Shown here in pieces: positions 15,966 to 25,200 of a DNA stretch of 32,000 nt (position 1 is the stretch's first letter; every line of letters starts with the position of its first letter). A program made the translations under genes and the position numbers. Source of the DNA: Mucisphaera calidilacus (lineage in GTDB: Bacteria; Planctomycetota; Phycisphaerae; Phycisphaerales; Phycisphaeraceae); the NCBI RefSeq assembly GCF_007748075.1, contig NZ_CP036280.1, positions 210,001 through 242,000 of the forward strand, written 5' to 3'. The notes below the pieces were generated by a model, which worked only from the letters and a program-made list of their open reading frames with translations, was not told where the DNA came from and did not search any database.

Positions 15966-17965
15966 TGGTCGGCTCGACCCCCGATTCCGACCTCGCCGCA
16001 CCGCCCAGCCAGCTCTGGCGCAACCTCTCGCGACCGGCCAAACCGCCCAAGCTCCCGCGCGGCCTCGACGGCTTCTGGAACCTCGCCACCGGACGCATCG
16101 TCCCGCTCATCCCGCGCACCCGTCGCTACCTCCAGCGCGCCCAGCGGATCCACGAGGCCGCCGAGGCGCACCGCACCGCCGCCGTCCCCGCACTCGACCA
16201 GCGGGTCGAGGACCTGCGAGCCACCTTCCGCAAGGGGCGCGCCGAACGCGAGCACGTCGACGAGGCCATGGCCCTGATCGTGGAGCTGGCCGACCGCACG
16301 CTCGGCATGCGGCCCTACGTGGTCCAGGTCGCCGCCGGCCTGTCGATGTTCGACGGCTGCCTCGCCGAGGTGGCCACCGGCGAGGGCAAGACGCTCATCG
16401 CGACCCTCCCCGCGATCCTCGCCGGCTGGCGCGGCCGCGGCTGCCACGTCGTCACCGTCAACGACTACCTCGCCCAACGCGACGCACAGACCATGGGGCC
16501 GCTCTACCGCAAGGCAGGCCTGCGCGTCGCCTCCGTCCACCAGGAACTCAAAGACGACGAACGCCGACAGGCCTACCTCGCCGACGTCACCTACCTCACC
16601 AACAAGGAAGTCGCCGCCGACTACCTGCGCGACCGGCTCAAGCAGGGCAAGGCACGCGGGCTCGCCTCGACACTCGTCGACGCCATCACCACCGGACGCG
16701 GGTCCTATGGCCGGGGGATGGTCCAGCGCGGGCTCGCCTGCGCCATCGTCGACGAGGCCGACTCCGTGCTCATCGACGAGTCGGTCACACCCCTGATCAT
16801 CTCGACCGAGGCCGACAACGAAGACCAGGCCCAGGCGTTCAAACAGGCGGTCGCCATGGCCGACCAGCTCGAACGCGACCGCGACTACAAGGTCGTCGCC
16901 CGCTACAAGGAAATCGAGCTGACGCGCGCCGGACGCGAACGCTCACGCGAGATCGCCGAGTCCCTCGACCTCTCAGGCGTCTGGTCGACGCCACGCGGCC
17001 GCGAAGAACTCGTGCACCAGGCCCTCTCCGCTAAAGAGCTCTTCCTGCCGGGCCAGCAATACGTCATCCAGGAGGGCAAGGTGGTGATCGTCGACGAGTC
17101 GACCGGCCGCCTCATGCCCGACCGTTCCTGGCGGCACGGCCTCCACCAGGCCGTCGAGGCCAAGGAGGGGCTGGACGTCAGCGGCGCCAAGGAGACACTC
17201 GCCCGCATCAGCTTCCAGCGCTTCTTCCGCATGTACGAGAACCTCTCGGGTATGACCGGCACGGCATGGGAAGAACGCTACGAGTTCTGGGAGGTCTACA
17301 GCCTCGCAACCGTCCGATTCCCGACGCACCGACCCCGGATCCGCGAGGAGATGCCCGACCGCGTCTTCGCCTCCGCCGAGGCACGCTGGCTCGCGGTCGT
17401 CGAGGAAATACGCCAGCTCCACGCCACCGGGCGCCCGGTCCTCATCGGCACACGCTCGGTCGAGGCCAGCGAGAAACTCAGCTCGCTCCTCGCCGCGCAA
17501 GGGATCCACCACGAGGTGCTCAACGCCGTACGCCACGCCGAGGAAGCCGCCATCGTCGCCCGGGCCGGCGAACGAGGCCGCGTCACCGTCGCCACCAACA
17601 TGGCCGGCCGAGGCACCGACATCAAGCTCTCCCGAGGCGTCGCGGAACTCGGCGGGCTCGCGGTCATCGCGACCGAACGCCACGAGTCAGGCCGCGTCGA
17701 TCGGCAGCTCTTCGGACGCGCCGGCCGCCAGGGCGACCCCGGCTCAGCCGTCTGCTTCGTGAGCCTCGAAGACGAACTGATCAAACGCTACACACGCGCC
17801 GTCGACCGCGCGATCCTCTCGAACTACGCCGGCAACCCCGTCGCCGCCAGCTACCTCTTCAACCAGGCCCAGGGCCGAGCCCAGCGCATGGCACGGGCCA
17901 ACCGCAAGGGCGTCCTGGAACACGACCACTGGCTGGAGAAACACCTCGGCTTCGCCCCGGAATAG
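15965..17965 (+). CDS. SecA-like DEAD-motor ATPase (NBD1-PPXD-NBD2), truncated after the start of the helical scaffold
   Basis: The ATG at 15965 overlaps the upstream TGA (TGATG). Motifs: LAEVATGEGKTL (Walker A, nt 16373-16396), VVTVNDYLAQRD, IVDEADSVLIDESVTPLIIS (DEAD box at 16751-16762), FQRFFRMYENLSGMTGTA, TNMAGRGTDIKL and TERHESGRVDRQLFGRAGRQGDPGS. The protein is 666 aa and ends shortly after RKGVLEHDHW. This is the last part of the 14210..17965 ORF in the track. Confidence 0.85.
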   Translation: MVGSTPDSDLAAPPSQLWRNLSRPAKPPKLPRGLDGFWNLATGRIVPLIPRTRRYLQRAQRIHEAAEAHRTAAVPALDQRVEDLRATFRKGRAEREHVDEAMALIVELADRTLGMRPYVVQVAAGLSMFDGCLAEVATGEGKTLIATLPAILAGWRGRGCHVVTVNDYLAQRDAQTMGPLYRKAGLRVASVHQELKDDERRQAYLADVTYLTNKEVAADYLRDRLKQGKARGLASTLVDAITTGRGSYGRGMVQRGLACAIVDEADSVLIDESVTPLIISTEADNEDQAQAFKQAVAMADQLERDRDYKVVARYKEIELTRAGRERSREIAESLDLSGVWSTPRGREELVHQALSAKELFLPGQQYVIQEGKVVIVDESTGRLMPDRSWRHGLHQAVEAKEGLDVSGAKETLARISFQRFFRMYENLSGMTGTAWEERYEFWEVYSLATVRFPTHRPRIREEMPDRVFASAEARWLAVVEEIRQLHATGRPVLIGTRSVEASEKLSSLLAAQGIHHEVLNAVRHAEEAAIVARAGERGRVTVATNMAGRGTDIKLSRGVAELGGLAVIATERHESGRVDRQLFGRAGRQGDPGSAVCFVSLEDELIKRYTRAVDRAILSNYAGNPVAASYLFNQAQGRAQRMARANRKGVLEHDHWLEKHLGFAPE

Positions 17966-17980
17966 CCGCCGTCTCGCCGA

Positions 17981-18814
17981 TTATTCAGCCGGCTCAAGCG
18001 ACGCCAGGCGAACCACAAATCCCGAGGGCAGACCGCCGTCGGGATTGTCGATCTCAAAGACACAGCGGAACGTCTGCGAAGCCGGGTCGATGATCGCGTC
18101 CACGATCGTGAGCCTGCCCCGCAGCGACTCGGACGCGGGCGCCGACCCGATCAGCCCGTACATCGCGTTGAGCTTCATGTCGCCGTACACCTCCGCCGGC
18201 AGGTGAATCTCGGCACGGATCGGGCTGATGCTCACGATCGCCAGCAGCGAGTCCTCGGTCTGGACCGTCTCGCCCGACTCCACCGTCCGCCGCAGCACCA
18301 CGCCGTCGAACGGCGCGTCCAGCCGGTAACGATCCAGACGCTCCAGCTCCAACTCGTAACGCTTCTCCGCGATCAGCTTGTTGTCCTTCGCCAGCTGCAG
18401 GTCAGCGGTCGCCTGATCACGCTGCACGCGCGTCCGCCGAACCTCCCACTCGCTGGCCGCGTCCTTCTCGAAGCTCGTGGTCACCCGGTCAAGCAGGATC
18501 TGCGCCTCCTCGAGGGCGTACTGCGCTCGCAGGATCTGGGCGTCGCTCTCCGCCTGCAGCCTCGACGACTCGGTCGACAGCCGCTGAATCGCGTCGTCCA
18601 TCTGCAGCAGCGGTTGACCCTCCTTGACATACTCGCCCTCCACCACCAGCACCTGCTCGACGATCCCGTCCACCGGCGCCGAAAGCTGAACCTGCTGGGC
18701 CGGACGCGTCACGCCCTCGTAACGCGACAGGTTGATCCGGCTCTGACCGAGCACGGGAAGCGAGGTCACAAAACCGACGATCAGGCCGGCGACGATGGCA
18801 TAGTGGTACTTCAT
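17981..18814 (-). CDS. HlyD/efflux-type periplasmic adaptor subunit, with no adjacent pump
   Basis: ATG at 18814 (MKYHYAIVAGLIVGFVTSLPVLGQ signal/anchor). VQLSAPVDGIVEQVLVVEGEYVKEGQPLLQMDD, a coiled coil, then LDAPFDGVVLRR. The upstream 196 codons of ORF 17981..19402 overlap ruvA antisense and I rejected them. Confidence 0.75.
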   Translation of the reverse strand: MKYHYAIVAGLIVGFVTSLPVLGQSRINLSRYEGVTRPAQQVQLSAPVDGIVEQVLVVEGEYVKEGQPLLQMDDAIQRLSTESSRLQAESDAQILRAQYALEEAQILLDRVTTSFEKDAASEWEVRRTRVQRDQATADLQLAKDNKLIAEKRYELELERLDRYRLDAPFDGVVLRRTVESGETVQTEDSLLAIVSISPIRAEIHLPAEVYGDMKLNAMYGLIGSAPASESLRGRLTIVDAIIDPASQTFRCVFEIDNPDGGLPSGFVVRLASLEPAE

Positions 18815-18887
18815 GCCCGCACGGTACCGCGAGGACGACCCGGGCGGCAAGGCGGCATCACCGCCACGCTGCGTGTACGCTGAGCGC

Positions 18888-19523
18888 ATGATCAGCCGGA
18901 TGCGTGGATTGCTGGAATCGGTGGCCGACGACCGCGTCGCCCTGAGCGTCGGACCGTTGAGTGTCGAGGTCCTCGTCCCCGCTGCCGAGCCCGAACGCTT
19001 CGAGGGATCCGTCGGCAGCGAGGTCACCCTCCACACCCTGCTGGTCATCGAGAGCCAGAACCAGGGCGCGAGCCTCACGCCACGCCTGCTCGGCTTCGCC
19101 TCGGCATCCGACCGCGCCTTCTTCGAGCTCTTCGTCACCTGCAAGGGCATCGGACACCGCAAGGCCCTGCGGGCCATGGCCCTCCCCGCCTCGACCATCG
19201 CCACCGCCATCACCGAACGCGACCTCGTCACCCTCCAGAGCCTGCCCGAGATCGGCAAGCGGACCGCCGAGACCATCGTCGCCACCCTCTCGGGCAAGGT
19301 CGACCGCTTCGCCGTCGCCGACCCCGACCGACCCGCCACACCCGCCGCATCAGGCGACACGGGCCCTCTCCCCGAAGGCCCCGCGTCCGAAGCCGTCAGC
19401 ATCCTCGTGCAACTCGGCGAACCCCAGAATCAGGCCGTCGCCCTCGTCGAGAAGGCGATGCAGGCCGAACAAGACCTCGAAACCTCCGAGGCGATCCTCG
19501 CCGCCGTCTACCGCGCACGGTGA
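18888..19523 (+). CDS. ruvA: Holliday junction branch-migration complex subunit RuvA
   Basis: MISRMRGLL...V.L.VGPLSVEVLVP OB-fold start, FELFVTCKGIGHRKALRAM and LPEIGKRTAETIV helix-hairpin-helix motifs, a flexible linker and a C-terminal domain III. I chose the ATG at 18888. Confidence 0.85.
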   Translation: MISRMRGLLESVADDRVALSVGPLSVEVLVPAAEPERFEGSVGSEVTLHTLLVIESQNQGASLTPRLLGFASASDRAFFELFVTCKGIGHRKALRAMALPASTIATAITERDLVTLQSLPEIGKRTAETIVATLSGKVDRFAVADPDRPATPAASGDTGPLPEGPASEAVSILVQLGEPQNQAVALVEKAMQAEQDLETSEAILAAVYRAR

Positions 19524-19547
19524 CTCTGCCCCACGTCCCTCCCCGCC

Positions 19548-19931
19548 TCAAAATTCCGAGTCCGCAAACAACGGACGAATCTCCGCAACAGCCAGCACCA
19601 TGGCTAACAGCGTCCCCAGCACAAACGGCACCACCGCGATCCATAGCACCCTGCGCTTCAACAGCCAGCACAGGTAGGTATGCACCACCGGTCCTGCCAT
19701 GAACAGCACATTCGCTTCGATCACACACATCACATAGTGACCCGGGAACATCTGGAACGAGTGCATGACTGTCTCGTAATGCCAAGCGAAATACCCCACC
19801 AGCCCAGCCAGTACGAGGTTGTACGGAACCCGCAGAACCTCCCACAGCAAAAAGATCTGACGCGCGGTCTGCCATAGGAAGCCGGAATCAGCAGTTTCGG
19901 GTGCTGTCATCGCTGACGCATAGCTTACCAC
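19548..19931 (-). CDS. hypothetical integral membrane protein
   Basis: The ORF has 3-4 predicted hydrophobic helices and GC-rich third codon positions, and lies directly downstream of the DUF4405-like gene. The start is uncertain: 19931 overlaps the upstream stop by 7 nt, or the ATG at 19910 could be used. No family recognised. Confidence 0.5.
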   Translation of the reverse strand: MVSYASAMTAPETADSGFLWQTARQIFLLWEVLRVPYNLVLAGLVGYFAWHYETVMHSFQMFPGHYVMCVIEANVLFMAGPVVHTYLCWLLKRRVLWIAVVPFVLGTLLAMVLAVAEIRPLFADSEF

Positions 19932-20425
19932 TCACCCCGACGTCGCTCCTGCCGATCGCCCGCACCACGCTCACCCTGCTCATCCACCATCATGCTCTGC
20001 TCCCACCGGCCGCCGCCACGCCGAGATGAATCGTCACGCTCCACCGACGCCCGCGCCACCCAGCCCAGCCCAAGCGTCAGGACGACCAGCAGCGTCAGCG
20101 CCGCCAGACCGGTCGTGAGCTGTGTCATCAGCGACGGAGCACCCTTGCTGCTCGGCCAGATCATCCTCCGCACCGTAATGAGCACCCAACTCCAGTGCGT
20201 CATGAGATGAACCAGCACCAGACCGATCGCCACGTAGCTCGCCCACAGGTGGATGTCGCCGTAGCCGTGCCGGGTCAGACCCCAGAGCGTCGCCCGTCCG
20301 CCACCACCCCCACCGCCATGGCCGTGGGGCAGCACAAAGGCAATCAGCAGCCCCGTCAGCATCAGGATGAGCATGCAGACCGCCAGGGCAGCGTCGATCA
20401 GTGCGTTGAGTGTGTTGCGTTTCAT
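19925..20425 (-). CDS. membrane protein, DUF4405-like (cytochrome-b-like His-containing helices)
   Basis: TM helices with conserved-looking His residues (HGYGDIHLWASYV..., LVHLMTHWSW), an HGHGGGGGGG loop and a charged C-terminal tail. The family assignment is by resemblance only. Confidence 0.55.
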   Translation of the reverse strand: MKRNTLNALIDAALAVCMLILMLTGLLIAFVLPHGHGGGGGGGRATLWGLTRHGYGDIHLWASYVAIGLVLVHLMTHWSWVLITVRRMIWPSSKGAPSLMTQLTTGLAALTLLVVLTLGLGWVARASVERDDSSRRGGGRWEQSMMVDEQGERGAGDRQERRRGEW

Positions 20426-20494
20426 GTCAGACCTCGCAGGGGATATCCGACAATCTAACGCGTAACCGGTCTTTTGATTGCAGCCGACCCGTGC

Positions 20495-21493
20495 TTACTC
20501 GATGCCCTGCTCGCCCAGCCAGCGCTCGGCATCGATCGCCGCCTTGCACCCCATGCCCGCCGCCGAGATCGCCTGGCGATAATCCGCATCGCAGACGTCG
20601 CCCGCACCGAACACGCCCGGGATGTTCGTCGCCGCCGACGGCTCCCTGACCTTCAGGTAGCCGTTGTCGTGGAACTCCAGGCCCGAATCCCTGATGAAGC
20701 CGGTCGCGGGGGTATGGCCGATGGCGATGAACAGCCCGCCGAGATCAAGCTCCGACGTCTCGTCGGTCTGCGTGTCCTTGAGTGTCACCCCGGTGATGCG
20801 GTCGTCGCCGAGCACATCAACCACCGTCTTGTTCCAGAGCACCTCCGCCTTCGGGTTGTCGAGAACGCGCTGCTGCATCGCCTTGGAAGCCCGCAACTCG
20901 TCGCGGCGGTGGATGATGTAGACCTTGGAGGCGAACTTGGTCAGGTACATCGCCTCCTCCATCGCCGTGTCGCCACCGCCCACCACGCCCAACGGCTGAT
21001 CCCGGAAGGCAGGCAGCGCACCGTCGCAGACGGCGCACGCGCTCACACCGCCACCCGCCTGGGCCAGACGCATCTCGTTCTCCAGCCCCAGCCAGTTGGC
21101 CGTGGCACCCGTCGCGATGATCACGCTGTGGGCCTGGATCGTCTCCTTGCCCGACGTCAGCTTGAACGGACGCTCGCTGAAATCAACCGTGTCGATGTCC
21201 GCCGTCACCACACGCGTGCCGAAGCGCTCGGCCTGCTTCTTGAAGTCCGCCATCATCTCCGGGCCCGTCACGCCCTCGGGAAAACCGGGGTAGTTCTCCA
21301 CCTCGGTGGTCAGCATCAACTGGCCACCCGGCAGAACGATCGACGGGCTCGACTTGGGAAAACCCTCGTAGACGAGCGGCTCAAGACTGGCGCGGGCGGC
21401 GTAAATCGCCGCCGTCCAGCCCGCCGGGCCCGACCCGATGATGACAACCTTCTCGATCTTCCCGTTGCTGGCCTGCGATGGTGTATTACTCAT
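20495..21493 (-). CDS. trxB: thioredoxin-disulfide reductase
   Basis: VVIIGSGPAGWTAAIYAARA (FAD GxGxxG), the redox-active CAVCDG, GGGDTAMEEA (NADPH site) and GVFGAGDV. Confidence 0.92.
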   Translation of the reverse strand: MSNTPSQASNGKIEKVVIIGSGPAGWTAAIYAARASLEPLVYEGFPKSSPSIVLPGGQLMLTTEVENYPGFPEGVTGPEMMADFKKQAERFGTRVVTADIDTVDFSERPFKLTSGKETIQAHSVIIATGATANWLGLENEMRLAQAGGGVSACAVCDGALPAFRDQPLGVVGGGDTAMEEAMYLTKFASKVYIIHRRDELRASKAMQQRVLDNPKAEVLWNKTVVDVLGDDRITGVTLKDTQTDETSELDLGGLFIAIGHTPATGFIRDSGLEFHDNGYLKVREPSAATNIPGVFGAGDVCDADYRQAISAAGMGCKAAIDAERWLGEQGIE

Positions 21494-21582
21494 GCAGGCA
21501 ATACTAGCGAGTCAGACAATCTGTTCCCGCCAGTCACGCAGATCAACCGCTGCATCACGTCACGCGTCCGCCCCGTCTGCCG

Positions 21583-21804
21583 TCAGCAGCAGGTGCACGC
21601 AACCTCCGGCTCCATCGCCACGCGTTCCTTCCGCTTGACAGGCCTCAGGCTCTGAATGGCCCGGCCCGCCGCCGCAAAGATCATCCCCAGCACGTTCACA
21701 CTCGGACGGTTGTCATGCATCGGGCATGGCGACTCCGGTGCCGCCTCATGCTCCAGAGTGTTGAAGGCAGCAAAAGCCAGCAGCATGGGGTCATAGTTGT
21801 TCAT
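21583..21804 (-). CDS. small hypothetical protein (73 aa) ending in CTCC
   Basis: The ATG at 21804 is preceded by AAAGGAGA, with the AGGAG core 7 nt upstream. It lies on the same strand as trxB and 89 nt upstream of it. No family recognised. The longer version (21918) has an Arg-rich, non-protein-like N-terminus. Confidence 0.4.
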   Translation of the reverse strand: MNNYDPMLLAFAAFNTLEHEAAPESPCPMHDNRPSVNVLGMIFAAAGRAIQSLRPVKRKERVAMEPEVACTCC

Positions 21805-22278
21805 AGCAAGTCTCCTTTTCATTCGGTGCGCGACAGGCCACCGGTCGGCGACATCGCGCCGTACAGGTCTTCGGGTTGGGGCCGGGATCGACAAGCCGAC
21901 CGCCAGATCGATCAACACATCACAAGGGACAGCGTCCGCGATCCGTGATCGGTCTCGTGCCTGCTTTCAATGGGGTCAGCCTTAGCCGCGGCGGGGTTCC
22001 GCGGCCCACCGGGAGACGGGCTCTGGGGGAGAGTCCCGTGTCTCCTCGGCGTGTCCCGAGACCAAGAGGCCTCAAGACGCCGTCGAGCGATCAGGCGGTG
22101 GGACCAAGGCCACAAGCCTCGGTGTGCCTGAGTTGTCGCCCGACATCGGCTGCCGGTCTTTCTCATCTTGGAGTATCTATCGGCGAAACGCAAGCCGCCA
22201 ACGGTTAGAAATCTGACAGTTTTTTAAGCCAAAGACGGCGAAGTCTGATGATCAGCTTTCATCGTCAACAGGCCTCGA

Positions 22279-25200
22279 TCAGGCCGCTCCCCGTCGTCGC
22301 AGCAAGGCACAGCCGAGGCCGAGAATCGTCAGTCCGGCAGGCTCGGGGATCGAGTAGAGGGCGACGTCGTTGCCGTCTCCGCCGCGATAGGTGATGAACA
22401 TGTCGATGCCGTTGAAACGCGTGACCAACGCGCCCTCGGCAAGCCCGTCGAACGTGCCCGTCAACAGGCCATCAACATGGATAAAGGTGTAGCTCTCGCC
22501 GAGCACCGCGTTGTAGTAATCACCCGAGAACTCGAGCTGACCCATCAGCGTCAGGTCGCCGGTGACCTGTAACCCCTGGATGTATGAATAGAGACTGATC
22601 AGCAGTTCAGCCTCGGTGCTGAGTTGGGTGTAATCCCCAAGAACGAAGCCGCGGGTGCGCCCCAACGGCTGGAACGTGCCGGTGTCATGGTCAAAGTCAC
22701 CCTCGATCCGCCGCGTAAAGAGCAGATCGCCATTGAAGTCAAACGTCCCTTCCTCTTCAATCACGACGCTCCCCGTCTCGAGCGAATCGCCATTGAACTC
22801 GAACTCGGCACCCGGCGCAACCTCAATGCTGCCCGATGTTTGTATGAAATTACCCGAGGCCCGCAGCCGGCCGTTTTCGGCGCGAACGATGCCTCCATTC
22901 TGGATGTCAACCTCCAGCGATCCGAAGCCTCGGATGGTGTTATCACGATTGAGGATGCCACCAGAGGCAGCGTCCGGATGTTTGCGGATGATCGCCTCGT
23001 GGTTGCTGAGAACAATCTCCCCGCCTCCGGTCAGCATCACCGTGTCATTCAGATACAGGATCTCGTGGTTCGCGAAGCCGCTGTTCTCGAAGGTGATCAC
23101 GCCCGTGTTGTGGATGTCACCCCCGATCAGCCGGTCGCTGATCGACACGGTCATCGTGCCTTCGAGCGTGAAATCTTCGAGTAGCCCGCCGACGATCACG
23201 CCCCCCGGCGCGATCCGGAGCGTCCCGCCGCGGATCGTGCCGCTCAGATCCAGAAGTGACCCCGCCGGCACCTCGACGACGCCCCGGTTGTCGATGTCGG
23301 CCTTGATCGTGCCCCGTCCGTCGATGCGGATCGTGTTGTCGATGTTGATCAGCCCGCCGGTCGTCTCGCCGAACTGAGCGATCCACGCGTCGGAGCTGTT
23401 GAGAATCACCGCGCCGCCGCCGTCGAGTGTCACCTGCCCATCCAGCCAGAGCGCCTCGACATTGGAGAATCCCGAGTTCTCATAGGTGATGACGCCGGTG
23501 TTCGTGATCCCATTACGCACGACCAGCTCATCAATGCTGACCCGAAACATCCCTGACATCTCAACGTCTTCCAGGCCGTTGCCGTCGATCCAGACGTTGC
23601 CCTCGGACACCAACCGGCCGCCCACGAGGCTCCCACCCAGCCGCAGCCGGGCACCGTCGCGGATGACGACTTCTCCGTTGGCGTTGTCCGTCTCCGAGAG
23701 GATCAGCCGCCCGCCCGAAGCGATCACCGTGTCGTGATTGACAAGCGGGACGTTGATGCTGCCGTTGCCCGAGATCGTGTTGTTGAGGTTGACCAGCCCA
23801 CCGACCCCCTCGACCTGATTGATCCGCGCATCAGCGCTGGTCATGATCACCTCGCCGTTGCCCGTCAGCGTGACCTGCCCGTGCAACCCGAGGATCTCGT
23901 TGTTCGCGAATCCGCTGTTCTGGAAGCGAATCGTGCCCCGGTTGTCCAGCGTGCCCCTGACCGGACGGTCGTCCATGCTGACCGTCAGGGTGTCCACATT
24001 CGTCACGTCCTCGATCAGCCCGCCGATGATCAGCCCGCCCGGCTCGATGTCCAGCGTGCCGCCGCTGAGGGTCCCGCCGAGGTTGAGTACCGAACCACCA
24101 CCTATCGCCACCGTGCCCGTGTTGGTCACGTCGACGAGGAGGTTGCCCCGACCGCTGGTCCGGATCGTGTTGTCGATGTTGACCAGTCCACCGGTCCCGC
24201 TCGCCTGGGTGATCCTTGCGTCGCCACTGTTGAGGATCACCGTGCCCCCGCCCGTCAGCGTCACCTGGTCATGCAGGCCAAGGTTCTCATAGTTGGAGAA
24301 TCCGCTGTTCTCGAACGTGATCAGACCCGTGTTGTTCAGGGTCCCCGCCGCGCCAAGGTCGCTGCTGCTCACCGTCACCGTGCCCGTCGTGGTCACGTCT
24401 CGGATGCCCACCCCCGCGATCAGCCCGCCCGGTTCGCCAACGATCACGCCGTTCGACAACTCGCCCAGAAGGTGCAGCCGCCCGTTTCCAGCGATCTCGA
24501 CCTCCCCGCCCGTGTTGTCCGTCGTCCCGATGTAGAGAGTTCCGTTCTCGGCGCGGATCAGACCCTGATTCGTGATCGCACTGCTGATCCTGCCCACACC
24601 ACGCAGCGTGTTGTCGACATTTACGATCTCGCCGCTGCCCGACGACGGCTCGATCCGAGCCTCGCTGCTGTTGAGCACGAACTCCCCGCCGCCGGTCAGC
24701 GTGACCTGTTCAACAACACCCAGCACCTCGTTGTTCGAGAATCCGCTGTTCTGGAACGTGATCGTGCCCGTGTTGTTGATCGCTCCGGCCATCTTCGCAT
24801 CGTCGAGACTGACCACCAGCAACCCGTTGACCGTTAGGTCACGGAAGGCCTCGCCCGAAATCTTCCCGCCCTCGCCGGTCAGCGTGCCGCCCGACAACGC
24901 ACCGATTAGGCTCAGCCGTCCGTTGCTCGCGACCTGAACCGCTCCGCCCGTGTTGTCGGTTGTCGCAAGCAGCAGCGTGCCGTTCTCCGCGCGAATCACG
25001 CCGGCATTGGTGACGCTCGCCGTGATCCGGCCGTTGCCGCGGATGGTGTTGTCCGTGTTGATCAGCCCGCCCGTGCCGAATAGCTGCGAGATCTTTGCGT
25101 CGCTGCTGGTCATCAGGACTTCACCGCCGCCTGTCAGCGTCACCGGCCCGTTAAGACTCAGACGCTCCGTGTTCGAGAAGCCATGGTTCTGGAAGGCGAA

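Noticed and set aside
11853-17683. Alternative-frame and antisense ORFs across the cassette: 11853..13718(+), 12724..13635(-), 13542..14867(-), the first 585 codons of 14210..17965(+), 15781..17034(+), 15896..16540(-) and 16973..17683(-).
   Set aside because: These are extremely Arg/Pro-rich or Asp/Gly/Val-rich sequences. The frames I retained contain TM helices and catalytic motifs (HEMGH, Walker A, DEAD). Only the segment of 14210..17965 from 15965 onward is SecA-like.
18815-19402. The upstream 196 codons of ORF 17981..19402(-), and ORF 18961..19677(+).
   Set aside because: They overlap ruvA in antisense or in an alternative frame and are Ser/Arg/Pro-rich. The adaptor has a sensible signal-anchor start at 18814.
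20474-21655. The 393-aa plus-strand ORF.
   Set aside because: It is antisense to trxB, which has canonical FAD/NADPH/CxxC motifs.
21820-21860. A partial match to the cobalamin riboswitch B12 box on the minus strand (AACCCGAAGACCTGTAC, which I matched at about 11 of 16 positions against the consensus as I remember it).
   Set aside because: I could not find the other conserved elements of the aptamer (GGGAA, GGTGAAA.TCC or GCCACTG-type segments). The downstream genes are not B12-related. It is too weak to call without an Infernal scan.
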